Numbered from the stretch's first letter, positions 20,708 through 31,470 are shown. The stretch is DNA of 64,000 nt from Candidatus Poribacteria bacterium (GCA_965198235.1 OZ240248.1:1-64000), one strand, 5' to 3'. Program-made: numbers and translations. Notes: generated from the letters alone by a model not told the origin.

Positions 20708-21733
20708 ATGGCTTCCCAAAAAATACTGCTCATTCGCCTTAGCTCCCTTGGCGACATCGTGCTTACAACACCCGCTATCCGAGCAGTCCGCGCCCATTTC
20801 CCGGATGCGTATATTGCTATGCTCGTAGGAAAACAGTCGGCGGATGTCCTTCGAGAAAATCCACACCTTGATGAGATAATTACGTTTGATCGGTTCGCTA
20901 AAGACAAGGATACACGCGAGATGTTGCGGACTGTCCGAGTCCTGCGTGAACACAAATTCACGCTGGCTATTGATCTCCAGCGGAAATTTCGAACGGCACT
21001 GCTGATGTATTTCAGCGGTGCCGCCGAGCGTATTGGTAAAGGCGCACTCTGTACTGTCCGGGTCCGTGAGGAGGGGAACAAGCACGCCACAGCACACTAC
21101 TTTGATCTGTTGCATGCAGTCGGAATTCCAGCAGTAGATCAAAGGCTCGAACTGTTTCTTGCTGAGTCGGAGCGGACTGATGCCTCGCAGCGATTTGACG
21201 CTGCAGGCGTTACAGAGACGGGTTTAAAGGTAGGGGTCTTTCCGGGGGCAGGGTGGAAGTTGCGCGAATGGATGCCCGATCGCTTCGCCGTGATTGGGGA
21301 CAGGCTGGTTCAGCACTTTAATGCCGAGGTCCTGATTTTCGGTGGACAAAAGGAGTCGGAGCTCGTGCATACCGTTGCGAATCTGATGGATGCGCGCGCC
21401 GTTCCGTTTGCTGGAAATCTTCAGGTTCGGGAGTTAGCCGCCTGTATTGAAAAATGCGACCTCTTTCTCACCAACGATACCGGTCCGATGCACATTGCCG
21501 CAGCGGTCGGAACTCCCACTGTGTCCCTGTTCGGTCCTGGCAATCACATCCGATTTCAACCGATCGGTGCATTGCACCAAACCATCCGTCACGACGTTCC
21601 ATGCAGCCCCTGTAAGCAATTCACAGATACATGCAAAGATAATATCTGTATGAAAAAAATCACTGTAGATGAGGTGTGGCAGTCTATCTCCGATACCTTT
21701 GCCTTATCCGCACGCCGCCTCAAAAACACGTAG
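20708..21733 (+). CDS. Glycosyltransferase family 9 (LPS heptosyltransferase-like)
   Basis: RLSSLGDIVL, NDTGPMHIAAA, LFGP. Confidence 0.92.
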   Translation: MASQKILLIRLSSLGDIVLTTPAIRAVRAHFPDAYIAMLVGKQSADVLRENPHLDEIITFDRFAKDKDTREMLRTVRVLREHKFTLAIDLQRKFRTALLMYFSGAAERIGKGALCTVRVREEGNKHATAHYFDLLHAVGIPAVDQRLELFLAESERTDASQRFDAAGVTETGLKVGVFPGAGWKLREWMPDRFAVIGDRLVQHFNAEVLIFGGQKESELVHTVANLMDARAVPFAGNLQVRELAACIEKCDLFLTNDTGPMHIAAAVGTPTVSLFGPGNHIRFQPIGALHQTIRHDVPCSPCKQFTDTCKDNICMKKITVDEVWQSISDTFALSARRLKNT

Positions 21734-22756
21734 GTGATTTTCGCCAAGCACTTTTCGGATATCTTCGTCAGTATAGCCACGATCACTTAAACCTTCAGCA
21801 ATCTTGATGAACTCGCTGGCATCCTTGAGCAGATCGCCACCACCGTCAAAGTCTGATCCGATGCCGACATGGTCGATCCCTGCAATGTCGATTGCGTAGG
21901 CGAAGTGATTGAGCAGTTGTGCCAAGGGGGGCATTTTCGTCCACCCATCGGCGGTGATAAACCCCGGAACAAAAGTGATACCGACAACCCCACCGTTAGC
22001 CGCTAAAGCTTTTAGTTGCTCATTACTCAGGTTCCGCGAGTGCCGACACAACGTTTTACAATTGCTATGGGACGCAATGACAGGGTGTTCCGATATTTCC
22101 AGCACATCCCAAAATCCACGCTCACTAATGTGGGAGACATCCACGAGCATTCCGAGGCGATTCATCTCTTTGACTAATGCCATGCCGAATCGCGTCAAAC
22201 CGCCACCCATGTCCTCTTCATCGTTCCCTGCCGATGCCCATGTATTCAGGTTATGGGTCAATCCAATTGAGCGAACACCAAGCGTATGCAGCGAGCGGAG
22301 AATGTTAAGACTTCGTTCGACGGCTTCGCTATTTTCAATGACAAGAACTGCGGCGAGTTTGCCCGATGCTTTCGCTTCACGAATGTCGCTTGCCTTCCGT
22401 GCGATACAGATATCGTTGGCGTTTGCTGTCACTTCTGTCTCAAACCAGCCAAATGCATCTAACGCATACGCGAGGTGATTTTTCCATGCGCGTGTCACGT
22501 CAACAGCGAAAAATGCCGCATCAATACCTCCCTGCCGCATTTTCGGTATGTTGAGTTGGATGCCGATAGCTTCTTCTTCAGGGGGAACAGGACCGCGCAA
22601 GTAAGCGATAGTGCCAACGGAATCTGTGGTACTTTGAGCGTTTTCGTCAGCGAGGCTGACATTGCCTCGGCGGATATGCGCCACGATGGCATCGTTATGC
22701 GAATCTATCACGAGTGCCTGCTCGTGCAGTTCGGAAATTTGCGTGTTTAATGTCAT
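21704..22756 (-). CDS. Membrane dipeptidase (peptidase M19)
   Basis: DSHND, DVSH, ASHSN, HVGIGSDFDG. Confidence 0.92.
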   Translation of the reverse strand: MTLNTQISELHEQALVIDSHNDAIVAHIRRGNVSLADENAQSTTDSVGTIAYLRGPVPPEEEAIGIQLNIPKMRQGGIDAAFFAVDVTRAWKNHLAYALDAFGWFETEVTANANDICIARKASDIREAKASGKLAAVLVIENSEAVERSLNILRSLHTLGVRSIGLTHNLNTWASAGNDEEDMGGGLTRFGMALVKEMNRLGMLVDVSHISERGFWDVLEISEHPVIASHSNCKTLCRHSRNLSNEQLKALAANGGVVGITFVPGFITADGWTKMPPLAQLLNHFAYAIDIAGIDHVGIGSDFDGGGDLLKDASEFIKIAEGLSDRGYTDEDIRKVLGENHLRVFEAACG

Positions 22757-22797
22757 TTTTTCGTTTTCTTCTCCATGTCCTCAGGGATCGCGTTGCT

Positions 22798-22818
22798 GGC
22801 GAGGTTTCAAACCTCGCC
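22798..22818. repeat. REP-like palindrome GGCGAGGTT-tca-AACCTCGCC
   Basis: Perfect 9-bp inverted repeat; another copy at 29505-29525. Confidence 0.75.
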
Positions 22819-22845
22819 GGCAAAGGGAGTTGGATGTCCTCTGGC

Positions 22846-23880
22846 TTAATCTAATATGGTTTGTATCGTCCGTTCGGCAATGTCAGAAGTGATCCGTAAA
22901 GATGTCGCGACGGTATATGGGAGTTGGTGTTGCGCAACGTAGTCGGATAGGTTAATAAGCGTTTCGGCAATTGCCTCACGGGTAACAGCCGACGGAAAAT
23001 AGTTGATCTGCAAACACTCCAACGCGTGACGGTACTGCGTCCAAGGTTGCGATTGCAACACAGCCATCAGTAGGATGCCGAGCCCTACCAATTCACCGTG
23101 TAAAAGGGGGCATCCCTCTTCACCGGGGGTCAAATGATTCTCAATTGCATAGACAAAGTAATGTTCGCTTCCCTCTTCAACACGACTATGTCCGCATTGA
23201 TAGCAGAGTTGGACCTCCATACAGAGCAGATCGAGTAGAAGTTTCAAGCCGGTTGGGGTCCCACGACCGATTTCCCGTGCGTTATCCAGAAGCGTTTGGA
23301 GAAGGGTGCCTGCTATGTCAACCGCTTGGGGTGTCAGTTGTTGGTTTGATGGGTTCGCACCCATCTTCTCCGCCTCCTGCCAATCCCAGAGCGCTGTCGC
23401 GATTGAGAGGACATCCGCAGCACCGCTTGCCCGCATTGAGGCAGGGGCGTTGCACAAGACATCAATATCTATAATAACAGTGTCCGGTGCTTTTGAGGAA
23501 AGATAATGGACACACCCATTTTCTCTAACACCTGTCGCATCCGTAAGAAAAGCATCAGTTGATAGAATGGTGGGAAGTGCAACGAGTGGCAACCTTTTTT
23601 TAGCCGCAACATATTTGGCAGTATCGATTGCTAACCCTCCACCGATACCGTAAACCACTTCCCCCTTACACGCCTCCGCGAGCACAGCCATATCTGCCTG
23701 CGTATTACCCTCAACGTAGATCGGATGTTGCGTGTTAACGTCAATACCAATAACAGCCTTCCATGCCGGAGCCGTTGTTAAAACGATAGCCTCGCGATGC
23801 TCCTTAATATTCGCAAAAGGACATCTCACAATACTTGGCAATCGTCCAATCTTTTCATGAGAACAATCATCTCGAAACAT
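22846..23880 (-). CDS. Glycerol-1-phosphate dehydrogenase-like / iron-containing alcohol dehydrogenase family
   Basis: GIGGGLAIDTAK, PTILSTD, GSEH and LHGE metal-binding His motifs. Confidence 0.8.
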   Translation of the reverse strand: MFRDDCSHEKIGRLPSIVRCPFANIKEHREAIVLTTAPAWKAVIGIDVNTQHPIYVEGNTQADMAVLAEACKGEVVYGIGGGLAIDTAKYVAAKKRLPLVALPTILSTDAFLTDATGVRENGCVHYLSSKAPDTVIIDIDVLCNAPASMRASGAADVLSIATALWDWQEAEKMGANPSNQQLTPQAVDIAGTLLQTLLDNAREIGRGTPTGLKLLLDLLCMEVQLCYQCGHSRVEEGSEHYFVYAIENHLTPGEEGCPLLHGELVGLGILLMAVLQSQPWTQYRHALECLQINYFPSAVTREAIAETLINLSDYVAQHQLPYTVATSLRITSDIAERTIQTILD

Positions 23881-23925
23881 CGGAATCCTCTATGAGATTC
23901 AAGGGACTTTACTGTACGGGCTGGG

Positions 23926-25089
23926 TTACCCAGCCCCTACGGATGGTAACTCCACGAGATATACCTGTCGGGAGTCTTCATGCACTGAGTCGAAGGTAAT
24001 CGTTTTTCCATCGGGTGCCCAGCGTGGATGTAAATCACATCGGATATCTCCAACAAACTGTTCTTCGTGATGGAATTCGCCCAAAACAATCTTTCGGTTT
24101 TCAGTGATATTGTAAACCATAAGTTGTGCCAAACGTTCTGTCCCGCGGGGGTACGTATCACAAAGCAACCACTCGCGGTCTGGTGAGAATGAAGCGTGTC
24201 CATCACTCGGCAAGATACCGCGTCCGATCGGCGTGAAATCGCGGACCCCATCTGTGAATTCAACAAATCCCATCTCACCGGATATGTCTGAAGAGACAAG
24301 AATCCGCGTGGGGGTCCGCCAGTCGAAATGAGACACTCGATAGTCGAATGGGATTTGCATTTCCAAATCGGAGCCGTCAGAATTAACTGTCCAGAGTGAG
24401 GTGTAGTGACCTATTTCCCGACGGACTCGACAGAAGAATAGAAGTCGTGTTCCATCTGTATTAAACAGAACGTGATTGAACCAAGTCCGTTTGCCTACCA
24501 TCCGTTCGTCTCCGCTTGCTCGGATGACATCTGCGATAGAGAGGACAAGTTTAGAACTTCCATTTTGGAGGTTGAGTTGATATAAACCGTCGTCCTCCGG
24601 TTGTGCTATAACCTCACTGGATTTAGTGTGTGTAGCGTAGCCGACGACAGCACGACAGTGTGCCATCCGTCCGTAGTTGAGTCCAATCGCGAGTGGGGCA
24701 GTCGGGGACACAGCCGCAATCGCCCCCTGAATTGTTCGGATAGCACCCGTCCCCGGATTTAAAGCACGTGATACAAGGTTGTCATCTTCCCAATCGTTAA
24801 ACGTGAATTCCGCACGAGCAGCGTCGTGTTCGCCGTTCTTGCTGCCGTTTATCCAATGCAGCATACTTCCCTGTTGGAGGTTAAAAGCGGCGGTCTTCGC
24901 GTGCGGGATAAATTCGTGCGTTTCGCGATGAATCAGCCCAACTGCCGCTATATCTTCGGGCAGAGGGCGGTGCGTATGAAAATCTGTCTCTAACGCCAGG
25001 TGATACCTTGTCGTGCTATCCCACGGATTAATTCCATAGTATCCGAAGAAATGGTGCTTTGGACTCGCGGATAACCTTTCTATGTGCAT
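23926..25089 (-). CDS. Beta-propeller protein (oligogalacturonate lyase/TolB-like)
   Basis: HHFFGYY, NLQQGSML, RCDLHPRW motifs. Confidence 0.75.
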   Translation of the reverse strand: MHIERLSASPKHHFFGYYGINPWDSTTRYHLALETDFHTHRPLPEDIAAVGLIHRETHEFIPHAKTAAFNLQQGSMLHWINGSKNGEHDAARAEFTFNDWEDDNLVSRALNPGTGAIRTIQGAIAAVSPTAPLAIGLNYGRMAHCRAVVGYATHTKSSEVIAQPEDDGLYQLNLQNGSSKLVLSIADVIRASGDERMVGKRTWFNHVLFNTDGTRLLFFCRVRREIGHYTSLWTVNSDGSDLEMQIPFDYRVSHFDWRTPTRILVSSDISGEMGFVEFTDGVRDFTPIGRGILPSDGHASFSPDREWLLCDTYPRGTERLAQLMVYNITENRKIVLGEFHHEEQFVGDIRCDLHPRWAPDGKTITFDSVHEDSRQVYLVELPSVGAG

Positions 25090-25370
25090 GTTTACCTTAT
25101 TGATAGCAAATGCTCAAATTTCGACGAAATGATTACAAGGGTTTGGGTTCTATTTCTACTTGAAAAATCAGAAGTTTTTCTAATTTGTAGAAGATCGCAG
25201 TTTAGGCGATTTATTAATTTGACATGTTCGTTTAATTTTGGCATAATTGATGTTTAGGACATCCATAATTAATATATCATATAATTGAAATGATTAACCC
25301 AATATACTTTTTTTAGACTTCGCTGCGAATTTTGAAACCGAAATTTAACTTTCATCGTTTTTTTATAGTA

Positions 25371-25472
25371 CAGGACTTACGCAAATTGAACAAAAAAGGG
25401 CATATTTCGTTGTATTTAACCCCCTAAATCCCCCTTATCAGGGGGACTTTAAGAGAGAATGCGTAAGTCCTA
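25371..25472. mobile_element. 102-bp MITE with 13-bp terminal inverted repeats and TAGTA flanking duplication
   Basis: CAGGACTTACGCA...TGCGTAAGTCCTA; TAGTA at 25366-25370 and 25473-25477. Confidence 0.8.
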
Positions 25473-25591
25473 TAGTAGTCAACATTCCAAAGAAGATATG
25501 TGGTTTTCCTGAATGAACCTGGCACCTGCCTGAATAAGCAAACATAAGCCTTTTTGAATTTTTAACCACAGACGACCCGGGCGACAGAAAA

Positions 25592-26326
25592 ATGCAGTTT
25601 GCAGCAAAAACAGACACAGGTAAACTTCGTGAAAGAAACGAAGACCGATACTATTTTGATACGCAACTCCAGTTATTTGCCATCGCTGATGGTATGAGTG
25701 GGCATGAAAGCGGTGATGTTGCAAGTCTTATTGCTCTTGAAATTATTCAGGAGTGGGCGAAAACCCAAGCATCTCCGCAAAGCGATTTAGGTCCCATGAA
25801 AAGGCTCGCAGTTTTGACCGAACTCGCGGAGGAAGCGAATCAAAGTATCTACACTGCCGCCGAGAATAGTGGCAAAGCGCGCGGTATGGGTACAACCCTC
25901 ATTGCCGGCTTTGTTACCTTCAGCTACCTCACTTATGTCCACGTCGGGGATAGCCGGCTCTATGTCTTACGCGATGGAAAGATCACACAGATAACAACAG
26001 ACGATACTTTCGTTCAAAAGATGGTCGAAAAGGGTGAAATAACTCCGGAAGAGAGTCGTGTTCATGAAAAACGAAATATCGTTACACAAGCTGTCGGTTT
26101 GACACCCACTGTCACTGTCAGTGCTGATGCCTACCCGCTTGGTCCAGGTGACATCGTCCTCGCCTGTACCGATGGCTTGCATGACATGATTATCGACGAT
26201 AATGAGATTGCTGAGATTATCACGGCTGCCCGCAATATTGAAGAGGCGGCAAAAAACCTCGTCAACAAAGCACTCGATTATGGCGGCACCGATAACGTCA
26301 CAGTTCTCCTTTTTGCCATCGATTAA
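25592..26326 (+). CDS. PP2C-family Ser/Thr phosphatase (Stp1-like)
   Basis: RNED, ADGMSG, GMGTT, HVGDSR, CTDGL, GGTDN. Confidence 0.95.
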   Translation: MQFAAKTDTGKLRERNEDRYYFDTQLQLFAIADGMSGHESGDVASLIALEIIQEWAKTQASPQSDLGPMKRLAVLTELAEEANQSIYTAAENSGKARGMGTTLIAGFVTFSYLTYVHVGDSRLYVLRDGKITQITTDDTFVQKMVEKGEITPEESRVHEKRNIVTQAVGLTPTVTVSADAYPLGPGDIVLACTDGLHDMIIDDNEIAEIITAARNIEEAAKNLVNKALDYGGTDNVTVLLFAID

Positions 26327-26394
26327 CCTACCTAAGTGATCTTCCCTGTTTTCTCTACTCCAGATTTTTAGCGACTCATCTCGCCAAGACGCAA

Positions 26395-26850
26395 TTACCC
26401 CTCTGGCGTGCTCTTCTCCTGTTCACCAAAAACCAACGCACCATCAGGATCCATCTCTTCTTCCCATGTTTCTTGGTAGATAGGCATCGTTAATTCTGGC
26501 AATTCAATCCGGTTTGCCTCAGCCCACAAGCGTTCAAGGTTATAGTAGGAACGTCTATCGGAAAGAAAAACATGTATGACAAAATCCACATAGTCTAACA
26601 GAATCCAGTCTGCTTTGCGCTCACCCTCCTGATGCCAAGGACGCTGTTCCCAGTTCGTTTCGAGTTCCTCAATAACGGCTTGCGAGATGCCTTCTACTTG
26701 AATATCAGAAGTGCCACTAAAGATTGCAAAAAAATCCGTGAAGCCATCAAGTTCCCGCAGATCGAGAATGACTCCGTCCTGTGCACGTCGGCTCATCGCT
26801 GCAGATGCCGCAGCTTTTACGATATCTAACGTATTCTTTTCGGTTCCCAT
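26395..26850 (-). CDS. rsfS: Ribosome silencing factor
   Basis: WILLDYVDFVIHVF, YYNLERLW. Confidence 0.95.
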   Translation of the reverse strand: MGTEKNTLDIVKAAASAAMSRRAQDGVILDLRELDGFTDFFAIFSGTSDIQVEGISQAVIEELETNWEQRPWHQEGERKADWILLDYVDFVIHVFLSDRRSYYNLERLWAEANRIELPELTMPIYQETWEEEMDPDGALVFGEQEKSTPEG

Positions 26851-26910
26851 TGTGATTTTCCTTCCTGGTCTCTATTCCTATACGGCGGCGCACGGAAACC
26901 GCCTCTGTTT

Positions 26911-27513
26911 TTAAATCTCGCCACCTTCTAACGTACTGTTGTAGGTATGAAGCGTATTCGGATGAATCAACACCCCTTTTTCTAAGAGATACACAATCTC
27001 TGTACGTGCCACATGATGCACTGCTCGGTCCAAATCCGTGTAGGCTAACTCCCGCACGACATCGACCTCCTTATGGGTCCGTGTTGGTTCTGCAAAGTCC
27101 GCAACATATAATATCTGTGCAATAATACCCATTGATGGGCTACCTGTTGTATGGTTCCGAATGGCTTCGAGGACTTCGAGTTCCGTTACAGCAAACTTCT
27201 CTATCGCAATTTTTACGCCGATGAATGGGTGCAAAAGAGATGGATTTTGCTCTTCAATCGGATCGAGACGAATCCCGTAGCGTTTGATTTCGCTGTGTAA
27301 TTCTTGAGTACGCATCCATTTTGCACTATCATGCAAAAGCGCAGCGAGGTTGGCATGCCAGACGTTGGCTCCATGAACATGTGCTAAATCAACGCTCATC
27401 TCTTGTACAGAGAGGACATGCTGATAGCGTTTTTCACTTAGCTTGTCTGAGAGGTACTTCTGAATTTCGATCGACTTCGGGTGCGCCCGGAGTTCCGCTA
27501 ATGTGCAATTCAT
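26911..27513 (-). CDS. yqeK: HD-domain Ap4A hydrolase YqeK
   Basis: RYQH, LLHDSAK, HTTG, ADFAEPTR; nadD/rsfS context. Confidence 0.9.
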   Translation of the reverse strand: MNCTLAELRAHPKSIEIQKYLSDKLSEKRYQHVLSVQEMSVDLAHVHGANVWHANLAALLHDSAKWMRTQELHSEIKRYGIRLDPIEEQNPSLLHPFIGVKIAIEKFAVTELEVLEAIRNHTTGSPSMGIIAQILYVADFAEPTRTHKEVDVVRELAYTDLDRAVHHVARTEIVYLLEKGVLIHPNTLHTYNSTLEGGEI

Positions 27514-27564
27514 CTAATATTGACGTGGTTTTTAAACCTTACCCTCTTCCGCTGCTTCAATCAG

Positions 27565-27807
27565 TTAGTCGGTGTCATCGTCAGAGCGAACGCCCAATTC
27601 GGCGAGTTCGGCAAGAATCTCATGTTCGGTGTCCGACAAAATTGTATTTGGTAGTGCGGTGTTAATAGTGTATTCCTCGTTCAGCCACTTTGACAAGTCT
27701 GCTGCTTTACACCGCGCACTACAGAAAGGGAAGTTTTTCGGTAAAGGCGTTCCCTCTTTCCACACAAAATCGTATACTGTTCCGCACATACTACATGTGT
27801 GTTGCAC
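27565..27807 (-). CDS. yacG: DNA gyrase inhibitor YacG
   Basis: CSMC...FPFCSARCKAADLSKW. Confidence 0.88.
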   Translation of the reverse strand: MQHTCSMCGTVYDFVWKEGTPLPKNFPFCSARCKAADLSKWLNEEYTINTALPNTILSDTEHEILAELAELGVRSDDDTD

Positions 27808-27865
27808 GTCTTTTGTTTCCTTATTTTTTAATTTCTGACTTGATTTTTTAAACGGACTTCTTCAA

Positions 27866-28486
27866 TTATAAATACAACTGATGCTGCTGGATATACGCTT
27901 GGACCCCTTCTGGCACGAGATACTGGATTGAAAGACTTTTCCGAACTCGCTCCCGGATAACTGTAGCGGATATATCAACGCCTGTTATCGGAAAGGTGGT
28001 AACCCGTTTTCGGATTTCTAAAGGAACCCGATTCAGGTCGTAATTCGGACGTGTTGTTGCGATCATAACGCATCGCTCCAACACTTCGTCGAAGTCTCTC
28101 CAGACTTTATACTCAATAAGAGAGTCTGCTCCAATAATCCATGCCAGTTCAGTCGTCTCTTCATATAATTCTTTCAAGGCTTTCAAGGTTTCGATGGTAT
28201 ATGACGGACCTGCGCGTTCCAATTCAATTCGCGACGCTTCAAAATGCGGGTTCTTTGCAATTGCTAACAGCACCATTTGATACCGATGTTCCGGTTCGAT
28301 AATATCAGCGTCCGCAACCTTATGCGGGGGTCTCGCAGAAGGGATGAACAGAATCTTATCGTAGCCTAACTCTGTCCGAACCTGTTCAGCACTGATCAGA
28401 TGCGCGTAGTGAATCGGGTTGAATGTTCCACCCATCACTGCGATTCTTCTGGTAGTTTTCGGCATCGGAATGTCCATCGGATGCAA
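27866..28486 (-). CDS. nadD: Nicotinate-nucleotide adenylyltransferase
   Basis: GGTFNPIHYAH, SYTIETL, ISATVIR. Confidence 0.95.
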   Translation of the reverse strand: MHPMDIPMPKTTRRIAVMGGTFNPIHYAHLISAEQVRTELGYDKILFIPSARPPHKVADADIIEPEHRYQMVLLAIAKNPHFEASRIELERAGPSYTIETLKALKELYEETTELAWIIGADSLIEYKVWRDFDEVLERCVMIATTRPNYDLNRVPLEIRKRVTTFPITGVDISATVIRERVRKSLSIQYLVPEGVQAYIQQHQLYL

Positions 28487-28572
28487 ACTTGCCTCAGGAA
28501 GCCCAGCGTTCTGTGTACTTCTTAAAGTATATAGATTTGTGGGAGAAAAGTCAACGGAAAAATCGTGGCGTG

Positions 28573-29340
28573 CTAACTACCTTGAACGCGAGCTTTATAA
28601 TCGTCATAAGCCCTCTCAATCTGCCTCGCTGATTCTTCCGCACCGAGGAAATGAGCACCGGTCAACACGACAGGAGGTTTCCCACGTTCTGTCAGGAGTT
28701 CAGCAACTCGGCATTTAATAGCATTCACAATCGAAAGCGTGCCGATGCTGGACGTAGGTCCCACAGGGTATGCTAAATTCGGAATGTCTACGACGGCATC
28801 TCCCGGCGGATTACAGTTGTCGATCGTTAGATCTGCGACTTCAAACAAGCGTTTGCCGGAGGCGTGTTTTGAGGACGAGGCGCTGCTGTGTGCGACTGAA
28901 CTCACTGCGATGACAGGCAGGTTCCGTCCCTTCGCTCCCATCGCCATTTCGATCGGTAGAATGTTTGTGCCGGAATTGGAAAACACCATCATGCAATCGT
29001 GTGGACCGAAGGTGAAGTTGCGGAGAATTACCTCTGCGTATCCTGAGACGTTTTCCAGAAAGAGTGCTTGACGTTGACCGTTGCAACCGACGACTTGGTT
29101 GTGGAATGTAACCGCTAATTCTACGATCGGAAAGAAACCCGGAAAACTGCCGTAACGTGGGAAAATTTCTTCGACTGGCATGCGAGAATGCCCAGATCCG
29201 AATAAGTAGACGAGACCGTCTTCTGCTATAGTCTCTGCGCATATCTCAGAGGCTTGTGCAATCGTCTCGGTTTGTGTCGCCTCAATCTGTTTCAGAACGT
29301 CTTGCGCAACATGTAGATAACGTAAATGGGAAATACTCAT
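28573..29340 (-). CDS. SIS-domain sugar isomerase family protein
   Basis: FGSGHS, FSNSG, VGPTSS. Confidence 0.88.
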   Translation of the reverse strand: MSISHLRYLHVAQDVLKQIEATQTETIAQASEICAETIAEDGLVYLFGSGHSRMPVEEIFPRYGSFPGFFPIVELAVTFHNQVVGCNGQRQALFLENVSGYAEVILRNFTFGPHDCMMVFSNSGTNILPIEMAMGAKGRNLPVIAVSSVAHSSASSSKHASGKRLFEVADLTIDNCNPPGDAVVDIPNLAYPVGPTSSIGTLSIVNAIKCRVAELLTERGKPPVVLTGAHFLGAEESARQIERAYDDYKARVQGS

Positions 29341-29465
29341 AATATTGTTGTCTGGTATGACCTTGATCGTTTGATTTATGGATTCCTAATAGGGACTATG
29401 ACAAAATGTCGCTGTTTATTTTATCATAATTCGCATGCTGTTGCAACCATTTAACACTGTTTGTT

Positions 29466-29790
29466 GTAGGGGTGATTTCCGAATTGAGACCCTTCACCTT
29501 CGCTGGCGAGGTTAGAAACCTCGCCTTTTTGCTTTATGCTCCAGAGCGGTAAGTGCGGTTTCTAACCACACTGGTCAAAGCGGAAATAATCTCGAAACGT
29601 ACAGGCTTTTGGTCCTATAGTAAGGGTCAGACTCTTAACTCCACTGGCGGGTTTGTAAGCCGCTTGTCCCTTTCAAGCTCTGTAGAGGACAACTGTGTAG
29701 AACCAAATTCACACCAGAAAAGTAGATTAAGGAAACCTCGCCAAACAGGTTAAGAATCGTCGGGCGCGATAGGAAACCGCGCGCCTTGTA
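29466..29790. repeat. Cluster of REP-like palindromes
   Basis: GGCGAGGTTAGAAACCTCGCC, GCGGTTTCTAACCAC, GGAAACCTCGCC and GGAAACCGCGC variants. Confidence 0.6.
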
Positions 29791-29938
29791 TAAAATAAAC
29801 ATTAAAACAACAGGGACGTTAGAAGAGAGCTTCACGTATTTCAGCTCACATGAGTGAAAGGAGATGGTGACACCGATACGTATACGGTCCCTCTGAAACT
29901 CTGTTTTTCATAGGCGCGCGTATCTGGTATTAGTCATG

Positions 29939-30136
29939 TCACACTGCAGTTATCCGCTCTGAAACCGCATTTTGCGTTGCTACCATAGCACTCCGCAGTG
30001 CTTGGAAATAATTCCGCTCAGCTCTCCTTATTCGCTTCTTATCGCCTTCAGTGCGCGCTGATACGAGTGTTTCCCAATTTAACGCCAGCATACGGTTGTA
30101 TTTCTGTAGTACTTTCCAATACGCTTCCGAAGTCAT
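29939..30136 (-). CDS. Small hypothetical protein (65 aa)
   Basis: AAGGAG RBS precedes MTSEAYWK; the longer upstream extension lacks support. Confidence 0.6.
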   Translation of the reverse strand: MTSEAYWKVLQKYNRMLALNWETLVSARTEGDKKRIRRAERNYFQALRSAMVATQNAVSERITAV

Positions 30137-30378
30137 TGTGGTTCTCCTTACGCTATTGGTGGTGTGTTCATTGAGAAGATAGAAGCACCATTTTCTTTCC
30201 TCTACACTTCTCATCCATGAAAATAAAAACGTTAGACTACAGATTTCGGTTTCAAATGTTGACCCTCTTAATGAGTCTGAGATCCGTGCACGACGTTTAC
30301 TGGCAGCTGACTGTGGATAACTGACTACTATTCTTCTGTAGGAGAGATCTCCCAATCACGCCTTTTTCTCATGACAAC

Positions 30379-30439
30379 GGCGAGGTTTCCTGGGGGAAAT
30401 CCGCAGGGAAATCCGCAGAAATACCCAAGCAACCTCGCC
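30379..30439. repeat. GGCGAGGTT/AACCTCGCC palindrome with modular insert
   Basis: Loop contains GAAATCCGCAG x2 and CCCAAGC. Confidence 0.8.
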
Positions 30440-30456
30440 TTTTCCTTCCTTACGCC

Positions 30457-31470
30457 TTAGCGGATCCGATATCGTTCAACGGCATCCATATCGAGACTGA
30501 TACCCAATCCCGGTGCATCTGATAGATTGATTGCACCATTTGAGAGATCCATGCTACCGCCTGATAAATCATCAATGCGAATGTGTGGGAGCTCATCGAT
30601 CGGCATCGTGCAGTTCGGCAAGGTACATGCGATGTGTGCAGCGAACGCCGAGGCGACACATGAACCGAATGCAAAGATTTGCACCCAAATCGGCAGATCA
30701 GCGGCTTCGGCAACGGCGGCACTTTTGCGGAGCCCGGCAACGTTTCCACCCATATTGACCGCATCCACCGCACCTGCAAGGATGTTCTCTAAAATCCCTG
30801 GGGGGGCGCCTAAATGTCGAGCGACTGGCACCTCCACTTCCTCTCGCATCTGACGGTACCAAGACAAATCCTCAAATCGGATCGGGTCTTCGTAGACTTC
30901 AATGTTATAGGGAAGCAACTCTTCTGCGAGTCGGAGACCGGTCTCCAAATCTCCAAATTCTGTGTTTGGATCGACACGAATCTGGAAATCAGGTCCGCAC
31001 GCTTCTTTGATAAGACGCGCGGTTTCGACAATATTCGCCTTCCGAGCCTTGAGTTTATGTACCCGAAACCCCATGTTCGCGGCACGTTCCGCCTCTGCCG
31101 CTGTCGCTTCCGCCGGCATCGGTGGCGACCAGTAAGCGAGTTCAACGCTATCCCTATATTTCTCACCGATTAACTTATGCGCCGGCACCCCCAACGCCTG
31201 TCCTGCCAAGTCGTAAAAGGCGCATTGGAAAACAAATGACTCCGAGGCAAGGTCAATCTCCCAAAGATTTCTGCCGACGTATTTTTCGGCAATCTGGTCG
31301 GCTTGGTCGGTAATATCGCTATTCAGGGAATTGCTCTCACCCAATCCTGTCAGTCCTTCATCTGTATGCACCCAAACCAAGGTGGTCGGGTAATCCATGC
31401 CCGAGTGTTCCTGTATCGCTGGGATGAATGGGATGGAAATGGTCCGGTATTCAAATCCTGTGATCTTCAT
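30457..31470 (-). CDS. Mandelate racemase/muconate lactonizing enzyme family
   Basis: TDEGLTGLGE, HKLK, RVDPN, YEDP. Confidence 0.9.
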   Translation of the reverse strand: MKITGFEYRTISIPFIPAIQEHSGMDYPTTLVWVHTDEGLTGLGESNSLNSDITDQADQIAEKYVGRNLWEIDLASESFVFQCAFYDLAGQALGVPAHKLIGEKYRDSVELAYWSPPMPAEATAAEAERAANMGFRVHKLKARKANIVETARLIKEACGPDFQIRVDPNTEFGDLETGLRLAEELLPYNIEVYEDPIRFEDLSWYRQMREEVEVPVARHLGAPPGILENILAGAVDAVNMGGNVAGLRKSAAVAEAADLPIWVQIFAFGSCVASAFAAHIACTLPNCTMPIDELPHIRIDDLSGGSMDLSNGAINLSDAPGLGISLDMDAVERYRIR

